A DNA stretch of 34,482 nt from Flavobacteriales bacterium UBA5939 (GTDB taxonomy: Bacteria > Bacteroidota > Bacteroidia > Flavobacteriales > Schleiferiaceae). The notes beneath the pieces are model-generated. The model was not told where the DNA came from. It ran no database searches and was given only the letters and a program-made list of their open reading frames with translations. The position numbers and the translations under genes are program-made. The stretch covers positions 23,148 to 57,629 of the forward strand of contig DJCX01000081.1 in the NCBI GenBank assembly GCA_002430755.1, given 5' to 3'. This document shows, in pieces, positions 8,276-21,270 of the stretch (position 1 is its first letter; every line of letters starts with the position of its first letter).

Positions 8276-9260
8276 TTCCCAGTTGAGCAATTGTGGTAAA
8301 TTCAGGTGCTTCAGGAGCATTAACTCCTTCTTCAAGTTGATCCTTTGAAATGTACTTATGAATGCTATCGGCAAGATTAGAATCGATAAAGGATTGTAAT
8401 ATTCTTGCGCCACCTTCAACCAGGATATGATTCAAACCAAGATCTAGCAGCCTGGGTGCCCATTGACCTAAATCTCTGGGGTTACAAGTAATTCCGAAAT
8501 ACCCCTGCGGTAATGAATTGCCGATGATTATTGGCTGAACTTCTAAGCTAGCTAGCCATTCTCTTTGCAAGGGATAGTCTTGGCTAAGTAAAATGATTGG
8601 GGTAGGGCTTTGACCCGACCAATTCCTGGTGGTTAAACTTGGCCGATCGAAACATGCAGTTTTCGAACTAATCAAAATACCGTCGACAGAGCCGCGCAAC
8701 TGATGTGTTCGCAATGCAGCTAATGGCCCGCTTATGCTCAAAGCTTTTTCCTCAGCTGTTCTATTCTTGTCGATATGTCCAGAATTATTCTCAGCCCATT
8801 TCAGCGTGAAATGAGGTCTCTTCTTGGTCATATTGGTCCAAAAGACTTCGTTCAACTGCCTGTATACTTCTGGCGAAGGGGCAAACTCAACCTTGATTCC
8901 GTGGTCCCTAAGATGGGCCACTCCTTTACCGTCAACCTTACTATGAGGATCTCCAGTACCAATAACCACATGAGGAATACCATGAGAAGAGATAAGTTCA
9001 GAGCAAGGTGGTGTCTTGCCGTAATGAGCACAAGGTTCCAGAGAGCAATATAAAATGCTCTGCCTCAGTAAATCATGGTTTTCGACACTTCTAATGGCCA
9101 TGACCTCAGCATGAGGTTCTCCAGCCTTTCTATGGTAACCTTCTCCTATGATTACATCATTGTGAACCACGACTGCACCTACCATAGGATTGGGAGATGT
9201 AGTGCCTCTGCCATAGTTAGCGAGTTGTAGGCAACGTGTGAGAAACTTACTGTGGTCCAT
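8253..9260 (-). CDS. ribD: bifunctional riboflavin biosynthesis deaminase/reductase RibD
   Basis: 335 aa. CMP/dCMP deaminase Zn motif (HAEVMAI ... LEPCAHYGKTPPC) followed by the RibD C-terminal reductase domain. Confidence 0.93.
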   Translation of the reverse strand: MDHSKFLTRCLQLANYGRGTTSPNPMVGAVVVHNDVIIGEGYHRKAGEPHAEVMAIRSVENHDLLRQSILYCSLEPCAHYGKTPPCSELISSHGIPHVVIGTGDPHSKVDGKGVAHLRDHGIKVEFAPSPEVYRQLNEVFWTNMTKKRPHFTLKWAENNSGHIDKNRTAEEKALSISGPLAALRTHQLRGSVDGILISSKTACFDRPSLTTRNWSGQSPTPIILLSQDYPLQREWLASLEVQPIIIGNSLPQGYFGITCNPRDLGQWAPRLLDLGLNHILVEGGARILQSFIDSNLADSIHKYISKDQLEEGVNAPEAPEFTTIAQLGNDRYERS

Positions 9261-9299
9261 AGCTCAAAGGTAGGAGGCTGTGATGTAATTTCAAGCCAA

Positions 9300-12588
<3,289 letters not shown>

Positions 12589-12596
<8 letters not shown>

Positions 12597-13479
12597 AGGA
12601 GTACCGAAAGGAGTAGGGGTTGCTTTAATAACACCCTTTCACAACGATGGCTCTATTGATTTCAACGGCCTAGATAGACTACTTGAACATTGTATTAAAG
12701 GTGGAGTGGACTATTTCGTGGTCAATGGAACTACTGCGGAAAATCCAACGCTGAGTAAGGAGGAGCGATATGAAGTATTAGATTTCGTTCTAGAAAAGAA
12801 TACCAATCGTTTACCTGTGATTTTTGGTATTGGCGGAAATAACACCATGGCCGTTGCGCAAGAAATGTCAGCCTTCAATGTTGACGGTGTGAGCGCGTTG
12901 CTAAGTGCGAGCCCCTACTACAATAAGCCTACTCAAGAAGGAATTTACCAGCACTACAAGGCGTTAAGCGAAGCTTCTAGTTTGCCAGTAATCCTTTACA
13001 ATGTACCCGGAAGAACAAGCTCGAATATCTCTGCAGAAACTACGCTGCGTCTTGCTGCTGACTTTGAAAATATTGTAGCCATTAAAGAAGCTAGTGGAAA
13101 TTTAGATCAGATCACTGAACTTGTTTTAGGGCGTCCAGAAGGTTTTAAAATCATCTCTGGTGACGACAATTTGACGTTTGCTATGTTAGGTTTAGGTTGT
13201 GACGGTGTAATTTCCGTAAGCGGTCAAGGGGTGCCAGAAGTATTCTGTAAGGTTTACGATGAATCTGTTCAAGGCAATTGGTCTGCATCAAAAGAGGTAC
13301 ATCTATCACTATTTCATCTAACGAATCTTCTTTTTGCGGAAGGTAACCCTGCTGGTATTAAAGCAGTATTAGAATTACGAGGTATTTGTAATAATCATGT
13401 CAGATTACCATTGGTTTCTGCGACAAATAGATTAATACAGGAGTTAACATCAGAATTGAACAGCCTTAACTTGTTATAA
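12589..13479 (+). CDS. dapA: 4-hydroxy-tetrahydrodipicolinate synthase
   Basis: 296 aa. Motifs GVALITPF, VNGTTAE, YYNKPTQEG, YNVPGRT and the Schiff-base Lys context IVAIKEASG. Confidence 0.95.
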
Positions 13480-13505
13480 ACACTAACTCTAAGAAATTAT
13501 AACAC

Positions 13506-13547
13506 AAGGCTAACGAGTAGTTAATGAACTACTTGTTAGCCTTTTTC
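13506..13547 (+). terminator. intrinsic terminator after dapA
   Basis: AAGGCTAACGAGTAGTT (13506-13522), loop AATG, then AACTACTTGTTAGCCTT (13527-13543). This is a 17-bp stem with one G-U pair, followed by a T-run. Confidence 0.85.
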
Positions 13548-13572
13548 ATTTTATGCTTCAAAAACGTCGAAG

Positions 13573-14421
13573 ATGAGAATTAGAAGAAAGTTAGATGTTT
13601 GCGTATTAAGTGACATTCATTTAGGAACCTACGGATGCCATGCTAAAGAACTCAATTCATATCTCCATTCTATTGAACCCAAAGTACTCGTTCTTAATGG
13701 GGATATCATTGACATATGGAATTTCAGAAAATCATATTTTCCTAAGGAACACTTAAAAGTGATCCGTCGACTTTTAAAGATGGCAAGTAAGGGAACGAAG
13801 ATTCATTATATCACGGGTAATCATGATGAAGCTCTGCGAAGATTTACCGATTGGCAACTAGGTAATATTTATCTTCGAAATCACCTCGTTCTAAAGCTAG
13901 ATGGGAAAAAACTCTGGTTCTTCCACGGTGATATTTTTGATCACAGCATACATCAAGCCAAGTTTATAGCAAAAATGGGGGGCTGGGGCTACGACCTTCT
14001 AATAGTGATGAATCGCTGGCTGAATAAGATTTTAAAAAAGTTAGGTCGTGAAAAGTATAGCCTATCTAAGCGAATCAAAAACAGTGTTAAAGGAGCCGTT
14101 AAGTTCATCGGAGATTTCGAGAGAGTAGCTAGCGAATTGGCGATAGAAAAGAAATACGATTACGTTGTGTGCGGTCATATCCATCAGCCAATTATGAGAG
14201 AAGTTAAAACGAACAAAGGTTCCGTAAAATACATGAATTCAGGTGATTGGGTAGAAAATTGCACTGCCTTAGAGTACCACGGAGGTATATGGCGCTTACA
14301 TCAGCATGATTTTCTTTCTACCCCAAAGAATGGGGTTCCGGAACAAGATGACGAGGAACGCACTCATTTATCGCCGAAAGAGCTAATTTCGAAACTTACT
14401 GAGGAATTTCTGAATAGCTAA
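13573..14421 (+). CDS. LpxH-family metallophosphoesterase (UDP-2,3-diacylglucosamine diphosphatase-like)
   Basis: 282 aa. Calcineurin-like motifs occur in LpxH order: SDIHLG, NGDIIDIW, GNHD, FHGD, GHIH. It carries a ~40-aa acidic C-terminal extension. Confidence 0.75.
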   Translation: MRIRRKLDVCVLSDIHLGTYGCHAKELNSYLHSIEPKVLVLNGDIIDIWNFRKSYFPKEHLKVIRRLLKMASKGTKIHYITGNHDEALRRFTDWQLGNIYLRNHLVLKLDGKKLWFFHGDIFDHSIHQAKFIAKMGGWGYDLLIVMNRWLNKILKKLGREKYSLSKRIKNSVKGAVKFIGDFERVASELAIEKKYDYVVCGHIHQPIMREVKTNKGSVKYMNSGDWVENCTALEYHGGIWRLHQHDFLSTPKNGVPEQDDEERTHLSPKELISKLTEEFLNS

Positions 14422-14422
14422 T

Positions 14423-15448
14423 TTGAAGATACTTTACGCATTTCAAGGAACTGGTAATGGCCATGTGGCCCGGGCGAGAGATTTAGTCCCTCGGTTGCAT
14501 GCTCACGCAGAAGTAGATGTACTTGTTTCAGGAACTCAGAGCGACCTGAATTTAGGTTTCAACATAAAATATCGCTCTTACGGACTTACGATGGTCTATG
14601 ATTCGAAAGGGGCTGTAAGTTACTGGCGCAGTATTTTAAAGAATAAGCCGCTTCGATTCATAAGGGATGTTCTTTCCCTTCCAGTCAAGGAATATGATGC
14701 AGTATTCATAGACTTTGAGGCCGTTGCTTCTTATGCTTGTTTATTGCGAAGAGTTCCGTCATTACAAATAAGTCATCAAGCTGCCTTTTGGACTAAGAAT
14801 ACTCCTCGTCCCCCAAAACGAGTTTGGCACTGGGAATGGGTGATGTCGAACATGTCCCCATCGAAATATGCCATTGGATTTCACTTTGAAAACTATGATA
14901 CATTCATACTTCCACCCATCATTAGGAAGGAAATCCGGAAACTAGAATTAGAGGATAGAGGACATTATACGATTTACTTGCCTTCCTATTCAGCAGAGGA
15001 AATTGTAGCTTTTACGGCCCAATTCCCAAACGAACGTTTTGAAGTGTTTTCTCGAGTAGAGAAACAGTACTCTACTGATAACACGATTGTTAAGCCAGTC
15101 GGAGTTGAAGGCTATCTTGAGAGTTTTAAAACCTGTACCGGTCTTATTTGCGGCGCTGGCTTCGAAGCACCTTCCGAGGCCTTATACTGCGGCAAAAAAC
15201 TACTGATTAGCCCGATTAACGGACAATATGAACAAGCCTCTAACGCAGTTGCAGCGTCACTAATCGGTGTTGAAGTATTTGATTCTTTGGACATAAATGG
15301 CAAGGCCATTTGGCAAGAATTCTTAAACAGTACACATCGGAATAAGATTGATTTTCCTGATTACGCAGATGTACTAGTTGAACAGCTGATTAGCAATGTA
15401 GAAAAGGGTAGGGATTATGATGATATTTCCTCTTTACAAGTTTGGTAA
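14423..15448 (+). CDS. glycosyltransferase, GT-B fold (MJ1255/UDP-glycosyltransferase-like)
   Basis: 341 aa. The N-terminal MKILYAFQGTGNGHVARA motif is typical of this family, and the C-terminal half has GAGFEAPSEAL. The start codon is TTG at 14423, 1 nt after the upstream stop. Confidence 0.7.
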   Translation: MKILYAFQGTGNGHVARARDLVPRLHAHAEVDVLVSGTQSDLNLGFNIKYRSYGLTMVYDSKGAVSYWRSILKNKPLRFIRDVLSLPVKEYDAVFIDFEAVASYACLLRRVPSLQISHQAAFWTKNTPRPPKRVWHWEWVMSNMSPSKYAIGFHFENYDTFILPPIIRKEIRKLELEDRGHYTIYLPSYSAEEIVAFTAQFPNERFEVFSRVEKQYSTDNTIVKPVGVEGYLESFKTCTGLICGAGFEAPSEALYCGKKLLISPINGQYEQASNAVAASLIGVEVFDSLDINGKAIWQEFLNSTHRNKIDFPDYADVLVEQLISNVEKGRDYDDISSLQVW

Positions 15449-15454
15449 ATACCT

Positions 15455-15462
15455 TACCTTTG
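15455..15462 (+). promoter_or_regulatory. candidate Bacteroidota -7 promoter element upstream of bamD
   Basis: Exact TAnnTTTG match (TACCTTTG), 7 nt before the ATG. This implies a very short or absent leader. No properly spaced -33 TTG is present. Confidence 0.3.
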
Positions 15463-15469
15463 CCCGTCA

Positions 15470-16237
15470 ATGATGGGAAAGAAATTCTTTACATATATAC
15501 TCCTTGCCGTGATGGCAACTTCATGTGGTGAGTACCAAGAAGTGCTAAAAAGCAAGGATTTAGATTTTAAATTCGGAAAAGCTGTAGAATACTACGAGGC
15601 TGGTGAATACAACAAAGCGTATCCAATATTTGATGAATTAATTACGCTGTATCGTGGTACTGAAAAGGCGCAAGAAGTTTATTTTTATTACGCTAATACG
15701 TTGTACCTGCAGAAGGATTACATCTTAGCCGGCTATCACTTCAAGAATTTCTACAAAACCTTTCCTCAAAACGAGCAAGCGGATCAAGCTGCATACCTTA
15801 CAGCCTACTGCTACTATTTAGAAGCGCCAACACATAGCCTAGATCAAGCATACACCTTTAAAGCAATTAATGAATTGCAGTTATTCATCAATACACATCC
15901 TGGTTCGGATAAAATTGACTTGTGTAACGAGTACATGGAAGATCTTCGTGGTCGCCTAGAACTAAAAAGCTACGAAATCGCAAAACAGTATTACAAGACG
16001 AGAAAATACAAGGCAGCTATGACTGCATTCACTACTACCTTGAGTGAATACCCAGATACACCATATCGCGAAGAAGCTATGTATCTTAAAGCAAAGGCTG
16101 CTTTTAAGCTAGCTGAGAACAGTGTCGCTGAGCTTCAAGAAGAGCGCTTTATTGAAGCGAATACTGCATTGAATGACCTTGAGGAGATTTACCCAGAAAG
16201 TGAATACCTCCCAGAATTACGTAAATTGACTAAATAA
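15470..16237 (+). CDS. bamD: outer membrane protein assembly factor BamD (TPR lipoprotein)
   Basis: 255 aa. Lipoprotein signal with a lipobox Cys (LLAVMATSCG), TPR-like repeats, and the conserved Bacteroidota position upstream of rpoZ-coaBC. Confidence 0.85.
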   Translation: MMGKKFFTYILLAVMATSCGEYQEVLKSKDLDFKFGKAVEYYEAGEYNKAYPIFDELITLYRGTEKAQEVYFYYANTLYLQKDYILAGYHFKNFYKTFPQNEQADQAAYLTAYCYYLEAPTHSLDQAYTFKAINELQLFINTHPGSDKIDLCNEYMEDLRGRLELKSYEIAKQYYKTRKYKAAMTAFTTTLSEYPDTPYREEAMYLKAKAAFKLAENSVAELQEERFIEANTALNDLEEIYPESEYLPELRKLTK

Positions 16238-16252
16238 ATCATCCCGAAGCAC

Positions 16253-16573
16253 ATGGATTACAAGAAAATGCCTGCGGATAAAACCACAAGAACGCACGAT
16301 ACGAACAAGATTGACGCGCCTACAGAGAATATCTACGAGGCGTTAACAATTATTGCAAAGCGTGCGGAGCAGATCAACGATGACACTCGTGAAGAATTAC
16401 ACGCTAAACTTCAAGAGTTCGCATCTTCGACTGAATCTCTTGAGGAGATCTTTGAAAACAAAGAGCAGATTGAAGTAAGCCGTTTTTACGAGAGCTTACC
16501 AAAGCCAACTGCACTTGCAATGCAAGAGTGGTTAGACAATAACATCTACTTCAGAAGAGAAGAAGAGAAATAA
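16253..16573 (+). CDS. rpoZ: DNA-directed RNA polymerase subunit omega (Bacteroidota type)
   Basis: 106 aa. Core LTIIAKRAEQIN resembles the omega AKRARQL helix. It sits in the conserved bamD-rpoZ-coaBC position. Confidence 0.7.
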   Translation: MDYKKMPADKTTRTHDTNKIDAPTENIYEALTIIAKRAEQINDDTREELHAKLQEFASSTESLEEIFENKEQIEVSRFYESLPKPTALAMQEWLDNNIYFRREEEK

Positions 16574-16583
16574 ATCTAATCCG

Positions 16584-17816
16584 ATGAGTCTTTTGTACAA
16601 TCGCAAGGTGCTGCTTGGCGTTTCAGGTAGTATTGCAGCTTACAAAAGCGCACATCTAGTTAGAGAACTCATTAAAAGGGGTGCCGAAGTCCAGGTTGTC
16701 ATTACTGATGCCGCTAAGGATTTCGTCACCCCTTTGACTCTTTCTACCCTGAGTACACGTCCTGTTTACAGTGCTTTCATCGAAGATGAGCAAAAGGCTT
16801 ATGGAGTTTGGAACAATCATGTTGAAATGGGCTTGTGGGCCGATTTAATGGTTATTGCGCCAGCCTCGTCAAATACGCTTTCTAAAATGGCAACAGGTGC
16901 CTGTGATAATCTTTTAACAGCGGTTTATTTGAGCGCTAAATGTCCTGTTTTTGCAGCGCCTGCAATGGATCTTGATATGTACGCCAATGGCGCAACTTCG
17001 GATAACCTCAAGGTTCTCGAACAGCGAGGTGTGGGAATTATAGACTCTGATTACGGCGAATTGGCATCAGGATTAGTGGGAAAAGGCAGAATGGCAGAAC
17101 CTGAAGCTATTGCCGACCACCTGGAGGAATACTTGCGCTCTACGCTTCCGTTATTTGGTAAAAAGGTTCTTATAAATGCAGGACCCACGCACGAACATTT
17201 AGATCCTGTTCGATTTTTAGGGAATAATAGTTCCGGTAAAATGGGAGCGGCAATTGCAACCGCAGCTAGAGATCTGGGTGCAGATGTACGTTTAGTTTTG
17301 GGGCCTACTCAAACTACGCTCGACTTAAAAGGAATTACAGTTACTCGTGTTACTAGTGCAGACGACATGCTCAGTGCAATGGTATCTGAGTTTACAGATA
17401 GCTCCTTAACGGTGTGTTGTGCTGCAGTAAGCGATTATAAACCTGTATCTCAGGCGGAACACAAGATTAAAAAATCTGATGAGGGCGACTCATTGACTAT
17501 TTCATTAGAGAAAACACCGGATATACTTAGTACACTGGGTACACTCAAAAGGGATGAAAATCATCTCGTAGGTTTTGCACTCGAAACAAGAGACGGCGAG
17601 TCATACGCCAAGCAGAAGCTCATTAAAAAGAATGCTAGCGCAATTGTTCTGAATACTTTAGGTAAGCAGGGAGTGGGCTTCGAAACAGATACCAATGAAG
17701 TGTCTGTGTACACGGCATCCGGTAAAACTTTTTCTTTTCCATTAACTAGCAAGATTGCGCTCGGAAAATCGTTACTTGAGTTATTCATGAGTGAATTTAA
17801 TTTATCCGATGCGTAA
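16584..17816 (+). CDS. coaBC: bifunctional phosphopantothenoylcysteine decarboxylase / phosphopantothenate-cysteine ligase
   Basis: 410 aa. N-terminal flavoprotein domain (LLGVSGSIAAYK, PAMD..M) and C-terminal CoaB domain (NNSSGKMG, AAVSDYKP, KIKK). Confidence 0.95.
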   Translation: MSLLYNRKVLLGVSGSIAAYKSAHLVRELIKRGAEVQVVITDAAKDFVTPLTLSTLSTRPVYSAFIEDEQKAYGVWNNHVEMGLWADLMVIAPASSNTLSKMATGACDNLLTAVYLSAKCPVFAAPAMDLDMYANGATSDNLKVLEQRGVGIIDSDYGELASGLVGKGRMAEPEAIADHLEEYLRSTLPLFGKKVLINAGPTHEHLDPVRFLGNNSSGKMGAAIATAARDLGADVRLVLGPTQTTLDLKGITVTRVTSADDMLSAMVSEFTDSSLTVCCAAVSDYKPVSQAEHKIKKSDEGDSLTISLEKTPDILSTLGTLKRDENHLVGFALETRDGESYAKQKLIKKNASAIVLNTLGKQGVGFETDTNEVSVYTASGKTFSFPLTSKIALGKSLLELFMSEFNLSDA

Positions 17817-18714
17817 GATTATTCTTGTTCTTGTTTCTATAGTCGCCATAGTTCATGCGCAGGCCCAAGAACTTCGGGCTACTGTGAAGGTGCTAAGCCC
17901 TGAAATACAGACGACTAATAAGGACGTATTTGTTGCCTTGGAAAATACTATCCAGAGCTTTTTGAATGGGTATACTTTCACCGAGCACAAGTATTCAGAT
18001 GAAGAAAGAATAGCCTGTAGTTTTATTTTGACTATTGAAGCTATGAATGGAGCTCGTTTTGACGGTAATCTGCAAGTTCAATATTCTCGCCCTGTATTTG
18101 GTTCACAGTACAATAGTCCGGTGCTTAATGTATTGGATAAAGATGTAGTCTTTAGTTATCGTGAAAATGAACCCATTGAATTTCAGCAAAATACATTCAC
18201 CACAAACCTCAGTAGTATACTGGCTTTCTATTCATACATCATCATTGGTATGGACCGATCGACCTTTAAGTTGAACGGTGGAGATGCCGAATTTGCTATT
18301 GCGCAAAGCATAGTCACCACAGCGCAGAGCAGTGGTGGGGCAAGTGGCTGGAAAAGTTTTGACGGAAATAAAAATAGATTCTGGATATCGGATGCCTTGA
18401 ATTCTCCAGCGTTCGAACCTGTAAAGGAGTGTTTATATCTCTACCACCGTCAAGGGCTGGATTTGATGCATATGAGTAGCAATCATAAACAGGCATTGAC
18501 GACCATAACAACAGCGCTTCGTAAACTCGAGGAGCCCAACCAAAAACGTCCGAACAGCTATTTAATGAATCTCTTTTTTGATGCTAAGAATCCTGAGATA
18601 ATTAGTCTCTATTCGGAAGCTGAGTCGCTAGGTGTTGACATTAAAGGTCTACAAGCGATGCTAGAGTCCATTGACCGAACGCACGCAAGTTCCTACTCCA
18701 AATTTGGCAGGTAA
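17809..18714 (+). CDS. DUF4835-family periplasmic/OM protein. From memory, some pipelines annotate this family as T9SS PorD; I am unsure of that.
   Basis: Signal peptide MRKIILVLVSIVAIVHAQAQ. It occupies the conserved slot between coaBC and recN. I prefer the ATG at 17809, which overlaps the coaBC stop by 8 nt. Confidence 0.65.
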   Translation: MRKIILVLVSIVAIVHAQAQELRATVKVLSPEIQTTNKDVFVALENTIQSFLNGYTFTEHKYSDEERIACSFILTIEAMNGARFDGNLQVQYSRPVFGSQYNSPVLNVLDKDVVFSYRENEPIEFQQNTFTTNLSSILAFYSYIIIGMDRSTFKLNGGDAEFAIAQSIVTTAQSSGGASGWKSFDGNKNRFWISDALNSPAFEPVKECLYLYHRQGLDLMHMSSNHKQALTTITTALRKLEEPNQKRPNSYLMNLFFDAKNPEIISLYSEAESLGVDIKGLQAMLESIDRTHASSYSKFGR

Positions 18715-18715
18715 G

Positions 18716-20356
18716 GTGTTGAGAACCATATACATAAAGAACTTTATTTTAATTGACGAGTTACATCTTGACTTTACTCGTGGCTTAACCGTGCTCACAG
18801 GTGAAACAGGCGCTGGAAAAAGTATACTGCTTGGTGCACTTAACGCAGGACTAGGGAAAAGAATCTCGTCAAAAGGAATCCTCAAGGATCCGACCAAAAA
18901 AGGGGTTGTAGAGATCACTATTGATATAGAAGAACATCTGAAAGATGCTTTCGAAGGACTTCAACTTGATTTCGAACCGATAAGCACTTTTCGAAGAGAG
19001 ATATTACCAGGTGGTAAAACACGATGTTTTGTGAACGATACTCCTACAAAAGCCTCAGCTTTACAGGACATCACTGGCCATTTGGTGGACATAAACTCAC
19101 AAAAAGACGAAGGTCTTATTCACAGGCCGTTAGAACAGCTTTCATTGATCGATAGCTTCGTAGAATTTCGCGATGAGAAGAAAAATTATGAGGAGAAATT
19201 TATTGAATTTAGAAGAGTTACTCTCGCTATAAAGGAATTAGAAAATATTGGTCCATCCGAAGATCTCGACTACTTGAAATTCGTGTTTGAAGAATTGAAC
19301 GGATCACCTGTTACACAGGAACAATATATTTCTCTAGAAGAAAGTATTCTTCGGGCTAAATCTATTAGGAATGAGCAAGTTTCGTACGAGAAAGCAAGCG
19401 GTATTCTCAGTAGTGAAAATGGATTGCTCGACCAGCTGTATTCACTGGAATCTGCTTTAATGCAAGCTTCAGACGATGAAACACTTCAGAATCAACTTGA
19501 ACAGGTACGTAATATCATTGCTGATATAAAAGGAGTGGAGCGGGCCATCTCCAAAGGCTTGAATGAGACTATCTCTGAAAGCGAATTCAATGCCTTGCTG
19601 CAGGAAAAATCGAGTATTGACGCTCTTGTCAAAAAGCATAGGGTTTTAACTGTTGAAGAACTTGAGGTAAAGCGCGAAGCAATACGAGAGCGTATAACTT
19701 TATTGGAGAATAAGGACGAAGAGCTGATTCGTTTAAATAAGTTACGTGAACGATTATTAGTAGACCTTGATGCTCTTGGAAACGATATGCATCTATTGCG
19801 AAAGTCGGCTTCAGACCAAATAGAAAAAACACTCAGTGAATATCTCGTGAGGGTAGACCTTCCTAAAGCTAGGCTGCAATTGAGTTGGAATCAAACCTCC
19901 TTTGGAAAATATGGTAAGTATCTACCAGAACTGTTGTTTGCTGCAAATCCCGGTTCTAATATGCAACCGTTAAGCAAAGTAGCTTCAGGAGGTGAGCAAA
20001 GCAGAGTAAAGTTGGCTTTAAAGGCCGTTTTAGGACGTGTTTCTGGATTGAGCACACAACTTTTCGATGAAATAGATTCAGGTATTAGTGGTTCAACCGC
20101 TGAGAAAATCGGTACACTAATGAGAGAAATGTCTGTAAATCAACAGATTATAGCCATTACTCATCTTCCTCAGGTTGCAGCCAAGGGCGATGTACACTTG
20201 TTGGTATCAAAATCGCAACAAGTCGATTCCACTACTTCTAATGTTGTTCCTTTATCTTCTAAGGAAAGAGAGCAAGAAATTGCTAGAATGCTAAGTGGAG
20301 AGAATATTTCTCAGGCCGCTAAGAATCAAGCGAAAACATTGCTCAACGCACGGTAA
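18716..20356 (+). CDS. recN: DNA repair protein RecN
   Basis: SMC-like Walker A TGETGAGKSIL, signature motif SGGEQSRV and Walker B LFDEIDSG, with a long coiled coil between them. A GTG start at 18716 gives the canonical MLRTIYIKNF N-terminus. The track's upstream extension overlaps the previous gene. Confidence 0.93.
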   Translation: MLRTIYIKNFILIDELHLDFTRGLTVLTGETGAGKSILLGALNAGLGKRISSKGILKDPTKKGVVEITIDIEEHLKDAFEGLQLDFEPISTFRREILPGGKTRCFVNDTPTKASALQDITGHLVDINSQKDEGLIHRPLEQLSLIDSFVEFRDEKKNYEEKFIEFRRVTLAIKELENIGPSEDLDYLKFVFEELNGSPVTQEQYISLEESILRAKSIRNEQVSYEKASGILSSENGLLDQLYSLESALMQASDDETLQNQLEQVRNIIADIKGVERAISKGLNETISESEFNALLQEKSSIDALVKKHRVLTVEELEVKREAIRERITLLENKDEELIRLNKLRERLLVDLDALGNDMHLLRKSASDQIEKTLSEYLVRVDLPKARLQLSWNQTSFGKYGKYLPELLFAANPGSNMQPLSKVASGGEQSRVKLALKAVLGRVSGLSTQLFDEIDSGISGSTAEKIGTLMREMSVNQQIIAITHLPQVAAKGDVHLLVSKSQQVDSTTSNVVPLSSKEREQEIARMLSGENISQAAKNQAKTLLNAR

Positions 20357-20368
20357 GTGCTATTTTTG
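20339..20368 (+). promoter_or_regulatory. candidate Bacteroidota promoter for fabI (-33 TTG, 19-nt spacer, -7 TATTTTTG)
   Basis: TTG at 20339-20341, exactly 19 nt of spacer, then TATTTTTG (a TAnnTTTG match) at 20361-20368. The ATG lies 23 nt downstream. Confidence 0.45.
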
Positions 20369-20391
20369 AATTACGAAAAAACACAAAACGT

Positions 20392-21213
20392 ATGTCAAAC
20401 GGATTACTAGAAGGCAAATGCGGTATCGTATTTGGCGCACTTAATTCAGATTCAATTGCTTGGAAAGCCGCTGAAGCAATACATGCACAAGGCGGACGAG
20501 TGGTATTGACTAATGCTCCCATCGCAATGCGCATGGGTGAGCTTAATAATCTTTCGGAAGCGATTAATGCTCCCATTATTCCAGCCGATGCAACGAGTCT
20601 CGACGATCTTAATGCACTAATTGACGGTGCCATGGAACACTTTGGGGGTAAAATTGACTTCATTCTTCATTCGATTGGAATGAGCGTTAATGTCCGTAAA
20701 GGAAAGCACTATACGGAGCTCAACTACGACTGGCTTCAGAAAGGCTGGGATGTAAGTGCGGTTAGTTTTCACAAAGTGATGCAATGTGCCTGGAATAAGG
20801 ATGCCGTGAACGAGTGGGGATCTATTCTTGGGCTTACTTATATGGCCGCGCAACGTACATTCCCAGATTACAACGATATGGCTGATAATAAAAGCTACCT
20901 TGAAAGTATCGCACGCAGTTTTGGTTACCATTGGGGTGTTAAAAACAATGTCCGCGTAAATACCATTTCACAGAGCCCTACACCTACTACTGCAGGGTCT
21001 GGTGTTAAAGGATTTGATGGCTTTATCGCTTACGCTGAGAAGATGTCACCATTAGGGAATGCAACGGCGGAAGACTGTGCCAACTACATTGTAACTATGT
21101 TCTCAGATCTAACAAGACGTGTAACTATGCAAAACCTCTACAACGATGGAGGTTTCAGCACTATGGGAGTTAGTAACATGGTCATGCAACAATTCATGGA
21201 AGGAGAGGAGTAG
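20392..21213 (+). CDS. fabI: enoyl-[acyl-carrier-protein] reductase (NADH), FabI type
   Basis: 273 aa. N-terminal GLLEGKCGIVFGALNSDSIAW and the Y-x6-K catalytic pair (YNDMADNK). SDR fold. Confidence 0.85.
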   Translation: MSNGLLEGKCGIVFGALNSDSIAWKAAEAIHAQGGRVVLTNAPIAMRMGELNNLSEAINAPIIPADATSLDDLNALIDGAMEHFGGKIDFILHSIGMSVNVRKGKHYTELNYDWLQKGWDVSAVSFHKVMQCAWNKDAVNEWGSILGLTYMAAQRTFPDYNDMADNKSYLESIARSFGYHWGVKNNVRVNTISQSPTPTTAGSGVKGFDGFIAYAEKMSPLGNATAEDCANYIVTMFSDLTRRVTMQNLYNDGGFSTMGVSNMVMQQFMEGEE

Positions 21214-21236
21214 TCCTGTACCATCTGATTATACAG

Positions 21237-21270
21237 AGAGCCGTTAGCCGTTAAGGTTAGCGGCTCTTTT
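21237..21270 (+). terminator. intrinsic terminator after fabI. It overlaps the 3' end of the convergent GT39 gene.
   Basis: AGAGCCGTTAGCC (21237-21249), loop GTTAA, then GGTTAGCGGCTCT (21255-21267). The stem is 13 bp including G-U pairs and is followed by TTTT. Confidence 0.75.

Noticed and set aside
8276-8419. N-terminal extension of the yigZ ORF. Similar track extensions occur at 9252-9299, 17791-17808, 18671-18715, 25239-25286 and 29048-29074.
   Set aside because: Each extension overlaps the preceding gene or a promoter-like region and adds residues absent from the family N-termini. Internal ATG or GTG starts give canonical N-termini instead, for example MLRTIYIKNF for RecN and the signal peptide MRKIIL for the DUF4835 protein.
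9261-9299. FMN riboswitch upstream of ribD
   Set aside because: Only 39 nt separate ribD from the divergent prmC start. That is far too short for an FMN (RFN) element, and no conserved RFN core sequence is visible.
20343-20931. Antisense ORFs at 20343-20663 and 20617-20931 opposite fabI
   Set aside because: These are shadow ORFs of a strongly supported SDR gene with no motifs. The first would also have to span the fabI promoter.
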